Source of the DNA: Raillietiella orientalis
Taxonomy: Eukaryota
Assembly: GCA_036172245.1 (NCBI GenBank)
Contig: JAYWIR010000037.1
Span: forward strand, 62,001-126,000
Length of the DNA stretch: 64,000 bases
Direction: 5' to 3'
The notes under the pieces were generated by a model that ran no database searches, was not told where the DNA came from, and was given only the letters and a program-made list of their open reading frames with translations. A program made the position numbers and the translations under genes. Of the stretch, positions 49,480 through 61,500 are shown in pieces (the stretch's first letter is position 1; each line of letters opens with the position of its first letter).

Positions 49480-49830
49480 TAGTTCCTTCTGTTACGATTT
49501 CAGGCTGCCTTTGGTTCGTATCATGCTGTCTGTTGCAGAGAAAATGGGGTATTTGCACTTAAATATCACGAAAACTGATGCTACGCTTAAATGAAGAAAT
49601 TGCAGTCTTCTGCGAACGATGGAAGCTCAAAGCGTGCAAGTCTATGTCACTCTGTAACGCCTCTCGCAAAATCTTGCATCAGGATGGACTATCAGAAGAT
49701 CAGGGCATAGTTTCAGCAATGGTTTTTCAGGTTAAATATTCAGGAATTACGGAGTCCGATGAATTGTTCCAAGTCGAGGGAACTTCCATTGTGGTGAAAA
49801 GTAAAAGACGTGATGAGCAGTAAGGATAAG
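49480..49830 (+). mobile_element. Decayed LINE RT C-terminal remnant
   Basis: ORF 49578-49823 has FCERWKLKACKS and QVKYSGITESDEL, resembling the W.LK.N..K and VKYLGI.LD..L motifs of non-LTR RTs. Confidence 0.45.
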
Positions 49831-50769
49831 CATGTTATCATTTTAGCCACTACTGCATATGCCATGACCACTTCGTGTTCATCACAGTGACTCCACTTCA
49901 GTCACCACCTGAAATATTTGGAAGGTGAGATGTCAGTTTCCTGGGATTACGCAAGTGCCATTGCATTTATTTCAAGAAGTTTTTGAATTTTCGAGACCAC
50001 TTGAGAGCACAGGGCTGGCGATTCTTGGGAAGGGAACTTAATCGTTTGAGGGAATCAGGTTGGTTTTGGTGCCCATAACAAATCGATTATGGAAGAGAAT
50101 CAGAAGATAAGATACTTGCAGAAATGTACTTGTAGTTTTCATATGTCCGCTTCCACAAATGTCATATAATTATCCCATAGCAATTATCCCCGATTTCCCA
50201 TGCGGACATGCAAATTGTGCTTCTTTTCCTCCATCCACTTCTTTCTAAAATAGAGTGGATGACCGCAGGTAGAGTGTGCTCGGAAATAAAAAGCCTCCAT
50301 TCGTCTATGAGCTTAAATCTTTACTTCACCTAAGCTTGATGTGAGATACAGCTCCACATTTTCAGTTTTTTTAGTATGACATTTGAACTCTTGTTCTCAC
50401 AGTTCCTTCCTAATCAGCCACCTTTAAAGTATTTTTGTTGGAATCATCATACTCTTATCTAGGGATGCCACATCATTATTTCATCAAGAGATATCTCCTA
50501 TCTATTGGCAGGACAGCATTCACCACATCAAAGTATGAAAGCATAGCATACCCACAATGAAAGTGCTCCTGATAGATGTATCTTCCGGTAAGAGCGATGT
50601 GCACTGGACTTGGCCCTTGGTCTCCACGAAAAGTTCATCCTGTGAAAAACCTCGATTTCTTGTTGCGGTTGCTGCTAAATTATTGGTTCCTATCATCATA
50701 CATTTCCTGTGTAGATCTGCCCCAAGGTATGAAGATTCAAATTCGGCAATCAGTCACTTTTACCGATAC

Positions 50770-51310
50770 CTGAGAAATCCTGTGGTCAGCAGCTGATGGA
50801 GACTCCGTTTTGTTTTCTCTTTCTCTCTCTAAAGGAAAACATTGTACTTATTTTCTCCTCTTAGTTCCCATTTCAAGGAAATTCACAGAATCACGCGGCA
50901 GGTGGACAATGCGTTTCGACGAGAAGTTGCAAGTTTTGGTACACTTTTCTCACGTTCCACCAGTGTGCTTACCTTTTCTCTATTAAAAACTGCCTCGTGC
51001 AAACTTAAAGATCTACAATTAAGAGAATTAGAAAAGAAAAATTTATTAGTTTTGCAATTCGCGCATAAGTAATTTGAAGTTGCCTTTTATTTCGAAGGAC
51101 TGAAATGCTTTTTCATCATATATATGTTATCCCCCTGAAGATCTAAGAAATATTCTTGTACTAAAGGTGAAGTTTCGAAATTCAGCTTGCTGATTACGAT
51201 TATCTCTTTCAAACTCGGATGTTTGTGCCGGAGGAAAGTCTTATGTAGCTTCTCATCAGAACCCAACATAAGGATCAGTCATGGGAAAATTAGTCTTTAT
51301 TTCCATCTCG
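50770..51310 (-). mobile_element. Decayed LINE RT remnant
   Basis: NQQAEFRNFTFST (cf. EQAGFR..RST) followed by AVFNREK...VPKL (cf. AVFLD.EKAFD...KL); highly degenerate. Confidence 0.35.
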
Positions 51311-52499
51311 AAGAAATTTGATGAACGAGACGAACCTAATATTGCAAGTACAATGAACATTTATGTTTCACTTGCCCTTGCTAAGTGATTCCCCTTGAAT
51401 AAAGAGTGTAAGCCCAACAACCAAGGTTTCGTGGAATTCAGGTGTTTCGGACTTTACTACTTCTACCCTTCTCCTAAACGAATGATGATCCAGATATTTA
51501 AATTGGTTTCTGCATAAGTCATCCATAACTTGAAGACATTTTCAACGTCTATGCTAGAAGAAGAAGAAGAATGAGGGAAGAGCCCCGAAAACTTGAAGGC
51601 ATTCCAGGTTAATACTGTGGCAACACATCAGGCAACTTGAGGGGTCCTCGAAGAGTAAGTTCGACGGTTCACAATGTAGATGAGGCACATATGCTGCAAT
51701 CAAATTTCTTAAGATCCAATATCGATTCAGTTGTGCGAAAAAGGTGAATGATCATTTGGACTGCAAACCAAAAAACTCAAGAGGCACCCAAGCCCATATA
51801 CCGGAAGAGCAATTTTAGGTTTGCGGAGCTCTTGAATTCAAGTTCTTTTCATATTTATCAGTTTGGGCTCGGCAGTTATTTGGAATCAGCAGAGAGCTTC
51901 GGTTGTAGTGTATGCCGTGTTGTGAAAAACACTGATGCGTGAAACACGTGTCTGTCTGTTTGTATGATTATTGTTTTGTATTTGAGCTGTGTGTGAATAA
52001 ATTCACTCCATCTCTTTTCGTATTTGGGAAATTGCGATGTACGTAGTCGTATCACATAGTCTAGAAAGGTCAGTTTGGTTCCTATAATAAACTTCACAGA
52101 ACATTTCCTAGTAAATAAGATCTGTTCTTCCACTTATCACTTTTTAAGAGTAAGGCATGGAACCAGATGCACAGAGGTTTCGAAAGAAAAGATATAAAAG
52201 AAAATAAAGCAATATTTCGCACGGGTTTTGCCTACAAAAATGTATTTTTACAGGCAGACACCGTTTGCTGAGAAGAATTCGCCCTATCAAATAGTCTCAA
52301 TATTCCGATTCGCATTATTCGAACATATATATCTAAAAAAATGCAATGGATTCCAGTCTAACGAAAATTGAAGATGAAAAACTTCAACAACAAGTTTCCT
52401 GTTAACGAAATGCTACAATGAGAAAATGACAAGAATCTTTGTGAAAAACGTAAATTAACCCAGTCACGGAGTAGTCAAGAAAGGGGAAAGAAAGTTGTA

Positions 52500-52915
52500 A
52501 ATATTATCCAATGATGCAGCCTCACATCAACAAGAATATCTTTACTGCTTTTTCAAACATTGGCAGACTGGACTGAACATTCTCGCTTTCCTTCCAATCT
52601 TCATACACATATATGAAGACGCTAAATTCTAGATCGATGTCTTGCCAAATTCTCATTCTTCGATCGTGGTTAGGATGCGCATCCATGATTTTTGGCTTCA
52701 TAACTTCTAGAACGTGAAAAACATCTCCAAATTCGTTGCTCACCACCAAACAGCCTCACTTGCATAATTCGATGCATTCTTTGACATCATGGTCGCCAGC
52801 TTGAAATGCTCTTTGTTGATCTGAAGGCCGAGGATCATCATCACCCGTCGTCACTTCTTCCGAATGTGAATTAAGATCCGAATGTCTTCGTTTTTTAATT
52901 CATCAAATTCAAGTA
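52500..52915 (-). mobile_element. Decayed Tigger/pogo (TIGD1-like) transposase C-terminal fragment
   Basis: Translation DLNSHSEEVTT...FHVLEVMKPKIMDAHPNHDRRMRIWQDID...YVYEDWKESENVQSSLPMF resembles the Tigger transposase C-terminus (LLxSHxEELT ... DPNxERS ... Y ... QxxLxxFF). Interrupted by a stop and a frameshift. Recognised by eye. Confidence 0.65.
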
Positions 52916-52939
52916 CTTTCTTATTTTTTCCATTTCTTT

Positions 52940-52958
52940 TATATATATATATATATAT
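52940..52958. repeat. (TA)n microsatellite
   Basis: tatatatatatatatatat next to the Tigger remnant. Confidence 0.9.
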
Positions 52959-54678
52959 CCTCGAAATCACAACTAGCGATACAATAGGACGAAACGCGCT
53001 TCCACTCCGCATATGTTGGCAGTTATTTGGTGCTGTGCATGGTGAGTATTCATCTCTGGTGTGATAACTTTTTGAGAATTCCGTCCAAGTAATGGTATTA
53101 TCTCCTGTATTGCTAGCAATTGCTGCTAATTGCTTGCTTCCTTATGAAAACTGCCACTCGAACTCTAACGCTCTAACGGAAACCTTGCAATCTTAACTGT
53201 GCATAATGGATTAAATACGATTTGGGTTCCTAAAAAGATTTGCTCTCAAGAGAAATCACACTAATCACAGCCTACCTGCATATGTAAATCGAAAACTAGT
53301 TCTTATTCGAATGAAAAAGGAGACCTGGTTGGAAGTATCATTTTTTCCAACAACATCTGCAAGAAAAGAAAAACCGCTCCTTCATACGAAAAACTCTTCA
53401 AGTTTGCCAAACTTTATCAAACGTATGTAAAAAAAAACGACAGTAATATTCTTAGATAAGTGATATGAAGGACAGTATCCAAAATTTAAGTCAGTTGTTC
53501 TTTACGTAGGGAATAAAAACAAAATTCCTAAAAACACATACACACACACACAACCGAAATGAAATAAAGTTGGATTAGTAGGCACATCTGATAACCAATG
53601 GTAACATGCAAAACTCCCTTTTCAACATTTTGAGAAATATACAAAATCTTGAATAACACACTTGTTTGTGCGACATCCATAACAAAATATGCTTCTGAAC
53701 TATGGAATCGAACGACTTTTAAATAAAGAATATAAGCCAAGAGAAGTTCCAACTCTCCTAAGAGAACTATAATGTCAAATCAATAGGAGCAACTGAAACG
53801 AGCTTGAATTAGTAACAGAAGGTACGTGTGCACATATGTACATCTATGCCATTAGTGCAATACACGATGACATGAAGAATGTGCATGCCATAATATATCT
53901 GCATAAGAATTCATTACTTAATTATAATTATAAACTGCTGCTTTTCCATTGTAAAGAAAATTCATTTCCTTTAAAGAGGAAATCACATGAATTATTTCAG
54001 AGTATTGAGTTATCATATCTTATTCAATTATCATTTTGTATACTAATACTGTGTAATTCACGAACCGTTTTTGGTAAGCAGTCCGCATTTCCAAACTGTC
54101 GACGCAAATAATTATTGGAAAGAAAATAAATGTATGAAGTGTTTGATTTCTGTTAGTAAAAGTCTTACAGAACACTGTTTTGTTTATTGATCGAATTACT
54201 TCCTACTAGAGGCAATTTTTCAATGAAAACAGTGAATGATGAATGAATGGGAATCACCGTTTGGAAGATACTTTCATGATACTTTAAAATGGCTCGCAAT
54301 CTTGTTTCATATGCAATTGTAAAATTGAAATACATTTCATTAGCCTGCTTCATACTACATCCACCTATCCTAACACTAGATTACTTGGAAACGGAACATC
54401 AATTTTTCCAAATGAATAGAAACGTTACACCATGAAATCATATATTGGAATTCGTCTACGTTGGCCTATTTCATAATTTGTTACATTTATGAGACATGCT
54501 AGTAAGTTTGTAGTGCTCTATTAATTACTGTTGTAAATTAATATTGGGAATTTATTTTGAATTGAAGATCGTCGCTTGGCAAAGGCTGTGGGTTCCCATT
54601 CCTTGCACTTCTGCCGAACTAGCGGTAGTTGGTCGTGCAGTTGGCGTGGGAAAGTTTTACATAATTTTGTAGTGCAAC

Positions 54679-56286
54679 ATGGGTTCGACAAAAGATGAAT
54701 TTCATGACGATTGCAATGATTTGCATGGGAAAAAAGGATCTTTAGTGGCCTTTGTATCCGGAAAATCAACAGAGATTCCGGAAAAAGATATGGTAAGTAT
54801 ATCTCCCGGCGCTCTGATTTTGTATGCTAATGAATTAGTCGAATTTTTTCTTAAATCAGGTGGGCAGATGTCGTTTAGTTACTGAATTCGAAAAGCTTAA
54901 CAGACTTGGAGAAGGAACATATGGTGTTGTCTGTAAGTGTTGTGATAACGTGCACTCTTGTCTTAGAAGTTCAATGGTTTTTATACGTGATTTGCACAGA
55001 TGATGTATCACTATCTGTTAGGACTGCAATTTCATGATTCTTCTCTTTTGAAATTTTTAAAAATACTGTATTTAGATAGAGCCAAAGATAGCCACAATGA
55101 AGAGATAGTTGCCCTGAAAAAAATGAGGATGGAAAAAGAAAAAGATGGTTTGCCTGTGTCCGGTTTAAGAGAAATTTCCTTGCTACTGAGTTGTCATCAT
55201 GAAAATATTGTTTGCTTGAAAGAAGTTGTGGTGGGAAAAGCTCTGGAAAAGTAAAACCTTTGATTTACAATGAGCACTTAATGTAATTTTAGCATATTCC
55301 TTGTTATGGAGTACTGTGAACAAGACTTGGCTAGTTTGTTGGACAACATGCAATCACCGTTTTCAGAATCCCAAGTTAAATGTATTATGTTACAAGTGTT
55401 TAAAGGTGTAGCGTACTTGCACGATAATTTTATTGTTCATCGTGATCTCAAGGTTTCAAATTTACTACTAACTGATAAAGGCACTGTAAAAATTGGTCAG
55501 TTATGTAATTAATATGCATTTTTATAAGAGTTTTAGCGGACTTCGGATTGGCTAGAAAATATGGACTTCCTGTAAGACCCATGACTCCTAATGTGGTAAC
55601 TTTGTGGTACCGAGCACCTGAATTACTTTTACAAGCAAAAACACAAACAATGGCAATTGATATGTGGGCAGCTGGCTGTATTCTGGGTGAACTGTTAGCA
55701 CATCAACCACTTCTCCCTGGAAAATCTGAACTCCATCAGTTAGAATTAATTATTGATATGTTGGGAACACCCAATGATGCTATTTGGCCTGAATTTTCGA
55801 AATTACCAGCCCTAGAATCCTTTACTCTCAAGAATCAACCTTATAACAATCTTAAGCAAAAGTTCCCTTTACTTTCTGCAGCAGGCTTGCGACTTCTCAA
55901 TTTCCTATTCATGTATGATCCTAAAAAAAGGTCAGGAGGAATTTTTTTTGTGCCATCATTTTCCTCATTTCAGAGCTACAGCAGAAGAATGTTTAGAGAG
56001 TTCATATTTCAAGAAACCACCCTTACGTAAGTATACATGAAACAAGTAAAAGTAAATAGCTTATTGCAGCATGTGACCCTCAACTGATGCCTAGTTTTCC
56101 TCAGCATCGAAACTTGCGTAACCGCCGTTTAGATGATGACAAAAATAGATCTCAGAATGCTGACAGCAATTATCAGAACTTTGGAAGTGGTGCTCTTTGG
56201 GGAGATCTGGTAAGAGCTGCATGCTAGACAGCTATCAGTTGGTGATACAGCTTCAGAACTTGGTTAAGAGGCGCCGGATGGAATAA
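54679..56286 (+). CDS. CDK10: Cyclin-dependent kinase 10, 8 exons, ~395 aa
   Basis: [31 protein letters not shown] (PISSLRE-type cyclin-binding helix); [57 protein letters not shown]. Exons 54679-54792, 54860-54932, 55076-55250, 55293-55495, 55537-55930, 55974-56026, 56070-56209, 56251-56286 (1188 nt). Confidence 0.96.
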
Positions 56287-56293
56287 CATCCAC

Positions 56294-58513
56294 TTAGTCG
56301 TCTTTGGCTTTTGTTTGTGGTTCACCTTTCTGGCCAAATTCATTAGTCCTATAAGGATCTACTGGATACAACCTAAGAGCACTCTGTACATTAGGTGCCT
56401 CTGTGCTGATCTTACCATCTTTGATATAAATAAATAAGAAATACAAGGTCATCCCGGAAGCAGGCTACTCTGTGTACCATTGGCATTGTGATGATGAATG
56501 CAAATATATCATCAATAAATGTATTCAGAGCCTGTAAAACAGTCATCATGCTCACTACTGCATGTTCCTCTGTTCTTACCTTATACATAAAAGCCTTCCA
56601 AGGAAGATGGGCTACTGATTTTAATTTATAATTGACAAATAGTTGGGGTAACATAAACAAAAAACCAAAAGCATATACACCATTAACCATGGTTTGGAGG
56701 GTCCAGGAGTACCAGCTGGGATCATTAAGTGTTCCAAATCAGAAACCACTTACCTGCGATGTGGAAGGTACAGCAATGAGTACACTGCACCCACAGCACA
56801 AAGTGGATATAATGCATAGCCCAAAACTTTCATACACTGCATGTCCAATTCTTCAGTCTCTTCTTCTTCTTTCATTATAGAGCCAAACTGTAGAGCTGGT
56901 CTCCATCCTTTCAAAATAAGGCTCATTTTGAAAGCTTTAGTGACTTTCCAGAACTGGCCAAAAATATATTGACTGGAAACATGGATCAATTAACCTCTAT
57001 TATTGAGCCTATGCCAGCAGGGATTAAAACAAGAAGACTGGTGTTCTCATCCAAGAGGAAAAGAAAAATCACAAACTGGCTAAATGCTCTCCAGAGCATT
57101 GTGCGGGCTGACAATCCCACACGGTTGTTTTTGTTTTGCCAGAACACAACATCATTTTTAAAAGCCAGAAGATCAAACAGGAGCTACATGCAAAAGTTAC
57201 CAATAATTTATGAGATTTTCAATGCATACGTGCAAGGAAGAGACCAAAATTGTAATGCACAGCAAATACAAATTGGTGTCTGCAAAAATGCCTTTCACTT
57301 CATCTAGATCCTTGTCTTTGAATCCATATGAATAAAGTTGTTGCATGGAGGCTTCATATTGCAAAAATAGGCGCATATGCCCCAAGGAAATGGGCTTAGA
57401 GTGCATACTAACATTGGCATATTTACAAGGATGTGGCAAAGGTTTCAAGTGTTCCAGTCTTGAATGCAAATTGTCAACCATGGTCAAAGGTAGATAACAG
57501 TCATTCTTATCTAGTCTGTTCCAGAAAAAGGGATGAAAAATTTGATTTCCAAAGCTACCTTATCAATGAAAGTACATCAGCAGGTAGCTCCATGATGTTC
57601 AAGCATATTGGTTCACTCATAATACGAGCATGTAATTCGGAAAAGATATGAGTCACTGCAACATCACTTGCAAGTGTTGCATTCTATTTCATGAAAGTTA
57701 TTGATATTATTATTTACGAACAAAAGTAAAGAAATCCAACACATTACTTCATCTGATGAGCTAAGTAGATAAAATGAGCGAGCTTCTGGAACTTGATATG
57801 CAGTCAGTGGAAAAACTATGTACGCAACACTGCTTTGTACAGCATCTTCCCAATATGCATTTGTGCTTGGTACAACAAACATGTGCAAAAACATCGATCC
57901 ATTTCTGCATACACTCTTAGGTAACTCAATTTGCAAGTTTCTGGAAAATTTGGAAAAAACATAAATATTCGGAATATGTTAAAAACACACACATCACATC
58001 CGCTACACATTTCAACCACCTATTTATTTTCATTTAAAATTAAACCAATGTGAACTGCAAGCTGAACTCCATTTCATAGTTTAAAAAACATACTCTTTGA
58101 TACACTTTATGGCTTAGGCATCAAAAAATCCTTTTCAGTACGCTTGTACATAACAGAACTGCGCCAAAGAACCATTACTGCATGCATAGTAACAACAAGT
58201 GTACAATACCTTTCCAAATCATCTGCATAACTGACCTTCTTCCATTTATCAACTAGCCTAAATCCTTGAGATGTTTTCGGACGAAAATTAACTGAAGACA
58301 GAAAAATGTACTGAAAATAAATCGCGCCTAACTTTCTTGCTCCGGCTACACACTTACATCGATACTCGGTTTATCCCCCAAATACGATTTTTTGCAGTTC
58401 TTCGAAGAATCATTGCAATTACACGTACGCACAAAAAAGATTTTCGCCGTGTTCCATATTGTATATGATACATATGCAAGAACACAAACGCTAATCGTCG
58501 TAGTTAAATTCAT
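56294..58513 (-). CDS. CLPTM1L: CLPTM1-like membrane protein (lipid scramblase CLPTM1L family)
   Basis: Short N-terminus with TM then Cys pair ([20 protein letters not shown]...CNC...CKKSYL); [90 protein letters not shown]. First exons 58513-58358, 58310-58210, 57940-~57747; last exon ends TAA 56296-56294. Some internal boundaries are approximate. Confidence 0.94.
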
Positions 58514-61500
58514 TTTGCGGTGTTCGGGACTTTTCTGCCTGATCCCTTCAGCTCAATTTCACATCGCTGCCACGGTAGACCTGCGCCATTAACACACGAT
58601 CAACGGGGTTGACTCCGGTCGAAGCCATGGACGAGACGTACTGCAGGTTGCCACGGCAGCCACACTTACGGTGAAAACCGCTACATTCACTTGCGAGGAT
58701 CACGGTACGGGTTGACTCAGGAGTACCCTCCTAACCTAGTTTGGCTACACTTTGTTCTGCCTACCCTCGCAATTTATGTTTGCTTACTTATTTTCAATTG
58801 TCAAGTTATTTTGTTCGTAGGTGTGCTTTTCTTTTTTCTTTTTTCTGCTTCTTCAAGCCACGGCATTTGCGGTGATATGCAGAATTGCACTTTCTAAGGA
58901 TTTCTATTGGGATGTTTAGAATGAAGACATTTCACAGAGTTTCTCGTTTCTCCTGCTTGAAAATGAAAAATGCAAATGTAACGACTTGATGAAACTGACT
59001 TAAATTAGCTTGGGTCCATTCTAGTCTAAAAGTAAAAATACAAAAGAAAAAAATTAATTAGTTTACTTTCCATCACACAGAATGCAAAGTTGCATTCAAG
59101 GAGCTATGCTAGAATCAATTGAGAGGAAAAATTGATATCAGTCTAGACGGAAACGTGTACGATTATCGAATCTATCAGAAGTGGAAATCGGAGAATTCCT
59201 ACGAGAGAAAGGATGAATTCAGCTTTCTTTGTTATTTGAAATGTGTGAAAACGATATGCTATCGATACCTTTTCCTATATCTCATGAAGATCGTTTGCTT
59301 GCATGTACAGTTACGGTGGCAAGAGAAGAAAAACAACAGCAAAATCACAGGTTTGATTATTTGGAATATATTCGAAGAAAGATTCTGCATATGTCTGTAT
59401 GTGTGTACACGTGCTGGAGAGCATTACGAAAGAGTCTTGAAAAAAACGATTTACTTTGAAAAGGTCTTTGGAAGCTCCATGTTGTGAGTCGTTATTGGAA
59501 CTTGACTCATCTCCCAAGAAGGTACCATAATGGAAAACACAATAAGCGTCCATTCCCTGGTCTGAAGCTAGGATTTGCTGAAGTAACAGCTTACAGTTAT
59601 AGATTGCAGTACTTTTCTTTAGTCTCTATAAGCATGAAAATAGGATAATGGTAATAAGAATGGAACAACTGCATATCCTGATTCATGGCCAGAATGCGTT
59701 CATTTCATGACATTAGAAGTTTCATTCCAGTACTGCTGACTGTTCATCGAACGGTGTTATTCATCGAATTACCGGAACAAATACAATTCTCGATCAGAAT
59801 CTCTTTGTAGGAGATATTTCTGCAGAACCTTTGTAGAAAAGCATCAGTGTTCACAGAGCAGCTTCGATTCTGACACGGATGAAACCTGCTTTGAGGGTTC
59901 CCAGTGGAGATTTCTACTGAGCTACCTTTGTGTGAGCACACGCAAAAAAAAGTTTGTGCATGACTTTCAACTTTTGAAAAGGATCGAAATTCTTTTTAGT
60001 ACAATCACATATTCGTACCATAGGATGATTCTAATTTTAGCCCGATCAGATCGAATGCTGGCTTGGTATTAATTTCTCAAGTAACTTTCCCTTATCATGA
60101 TGGTATGAATAAGCTTGGCAGATTGTTGATAGTTCTTAATACAGTGCAGCCTTTAAATTTCAATATGCTTGGCGAAATTACGCCCAATAATTAAATTTAA
60201 ATATGGTTTGAAACATATTATAGTGTACACTCGTTGAAATATGTAGGTACGAATGTGGTAAGTTTTCATTATCAATTATGCAGAGAAGGTTACTGTTTCT
60301 TATTGAAATCATATCTATAACGTAGAAATCCCTGAAGTGAGCTTTGCAGCTGGATCCCCCTGTGAACAGGGTCGATAATCATGAATTGCAATCAGTAGAT
60401 GATGATCAAAGCTAACATTTTGCTGAAATGTTCCCACTATAAGAAGAGATTTCAAAAAAAAAGAAAAAAAAGTCTTCTTTCAAGGGAAGTAGCAACGCTT
60501 TGGAATTCAACTGCTCAAGATGGTAGAAACGATCAAGACAAGAAGAATTACACCTTCCAAAGAACATCTGAAGGTGGACATATCCGAAAGATATCCAACA
60601 GAAAGTCAATTTAGAATGAGAGCAAATGAAAGCAAACTGACAAGCACTGACGACTGCCTACCCATATTCGCCTTTGCGTGTTTAACTGTCTGATTGCTCA
60701 TCCCATATGCAGTTGCAAAAGTTTAATGAATCAGAAATTAACTTCATGTAAACTCAATTTACGCTTGGTCCACTCTGCGAGTCTCATGAAATCTCGGTCT
60801 GCTGATTAGCAGGTAATACAGAGTCGCTTCGGATTAGCACTCTATAATCCACAGAGATCACTGGATTTTCGAAGCATCTCTGAATAACAGAAAAAGCAAC
60901 AGAAAATGGCAGTCTTCTGAATGGTGCAGCGCTGTGGTGCTCAATGCTTCGTGTTGTTGTAGGTTAGCACGTTTTTCAAAGCAAAGGGTTCAAAGCTGTT
61001 TGCTTCCGCACAGCGACTTCCAAAAACTATGAAGTATCATCAGTGGTGTGCTATTGGATCAAGCTCTTTAGAAGTATTCTTTGAAAGCAGAGTCTCATTC
61101 TTTAGAGGAAACTGCTGAATAGCTTTCTTCCAAGGATTCTTCCTTTCACGCGTTGAAAACGCGTTGAAGAGCTCTGTTTCAAAACAGAACTGGAAATGTG
61201 AATTTTCAAGTACGAAAATCATGTGAACTTTTAAGAAATAAGGCTTCAGTTTTGGTGGGACATCTTATTAAAGCTCTTGATGACACTCTGAGAAGAAAAT
61301 GGCGTAAAAGTAAAGCATGATAAAAAAGAACGGGAATGATGTATACAGATACGCGCGGACAGAGACATGCATATATGTGTGACTATGCTTGAGATGCACA
61401 TGTACAGATATAGAAATAGATATTGGATCGAATTCTTTTTTTCACCTTCGATCTTACTAAATACTACATTCCAGCGGAATTGAACAGGAATGTTGCAATC

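Noticed and set aside
58730..58738. CCTAACCTA upstream of CLPTM1L (and CTAACCTA near 40581-40588, - strand) as a TTAGG telomerase-RNA template
   Set aside because: An 8-9-nt match is unremarkable in 64 kb read on both strands. I saw no pseudoknot or other telomerase-RNA domain, and the 40.6-kb copy is buried in a stem.
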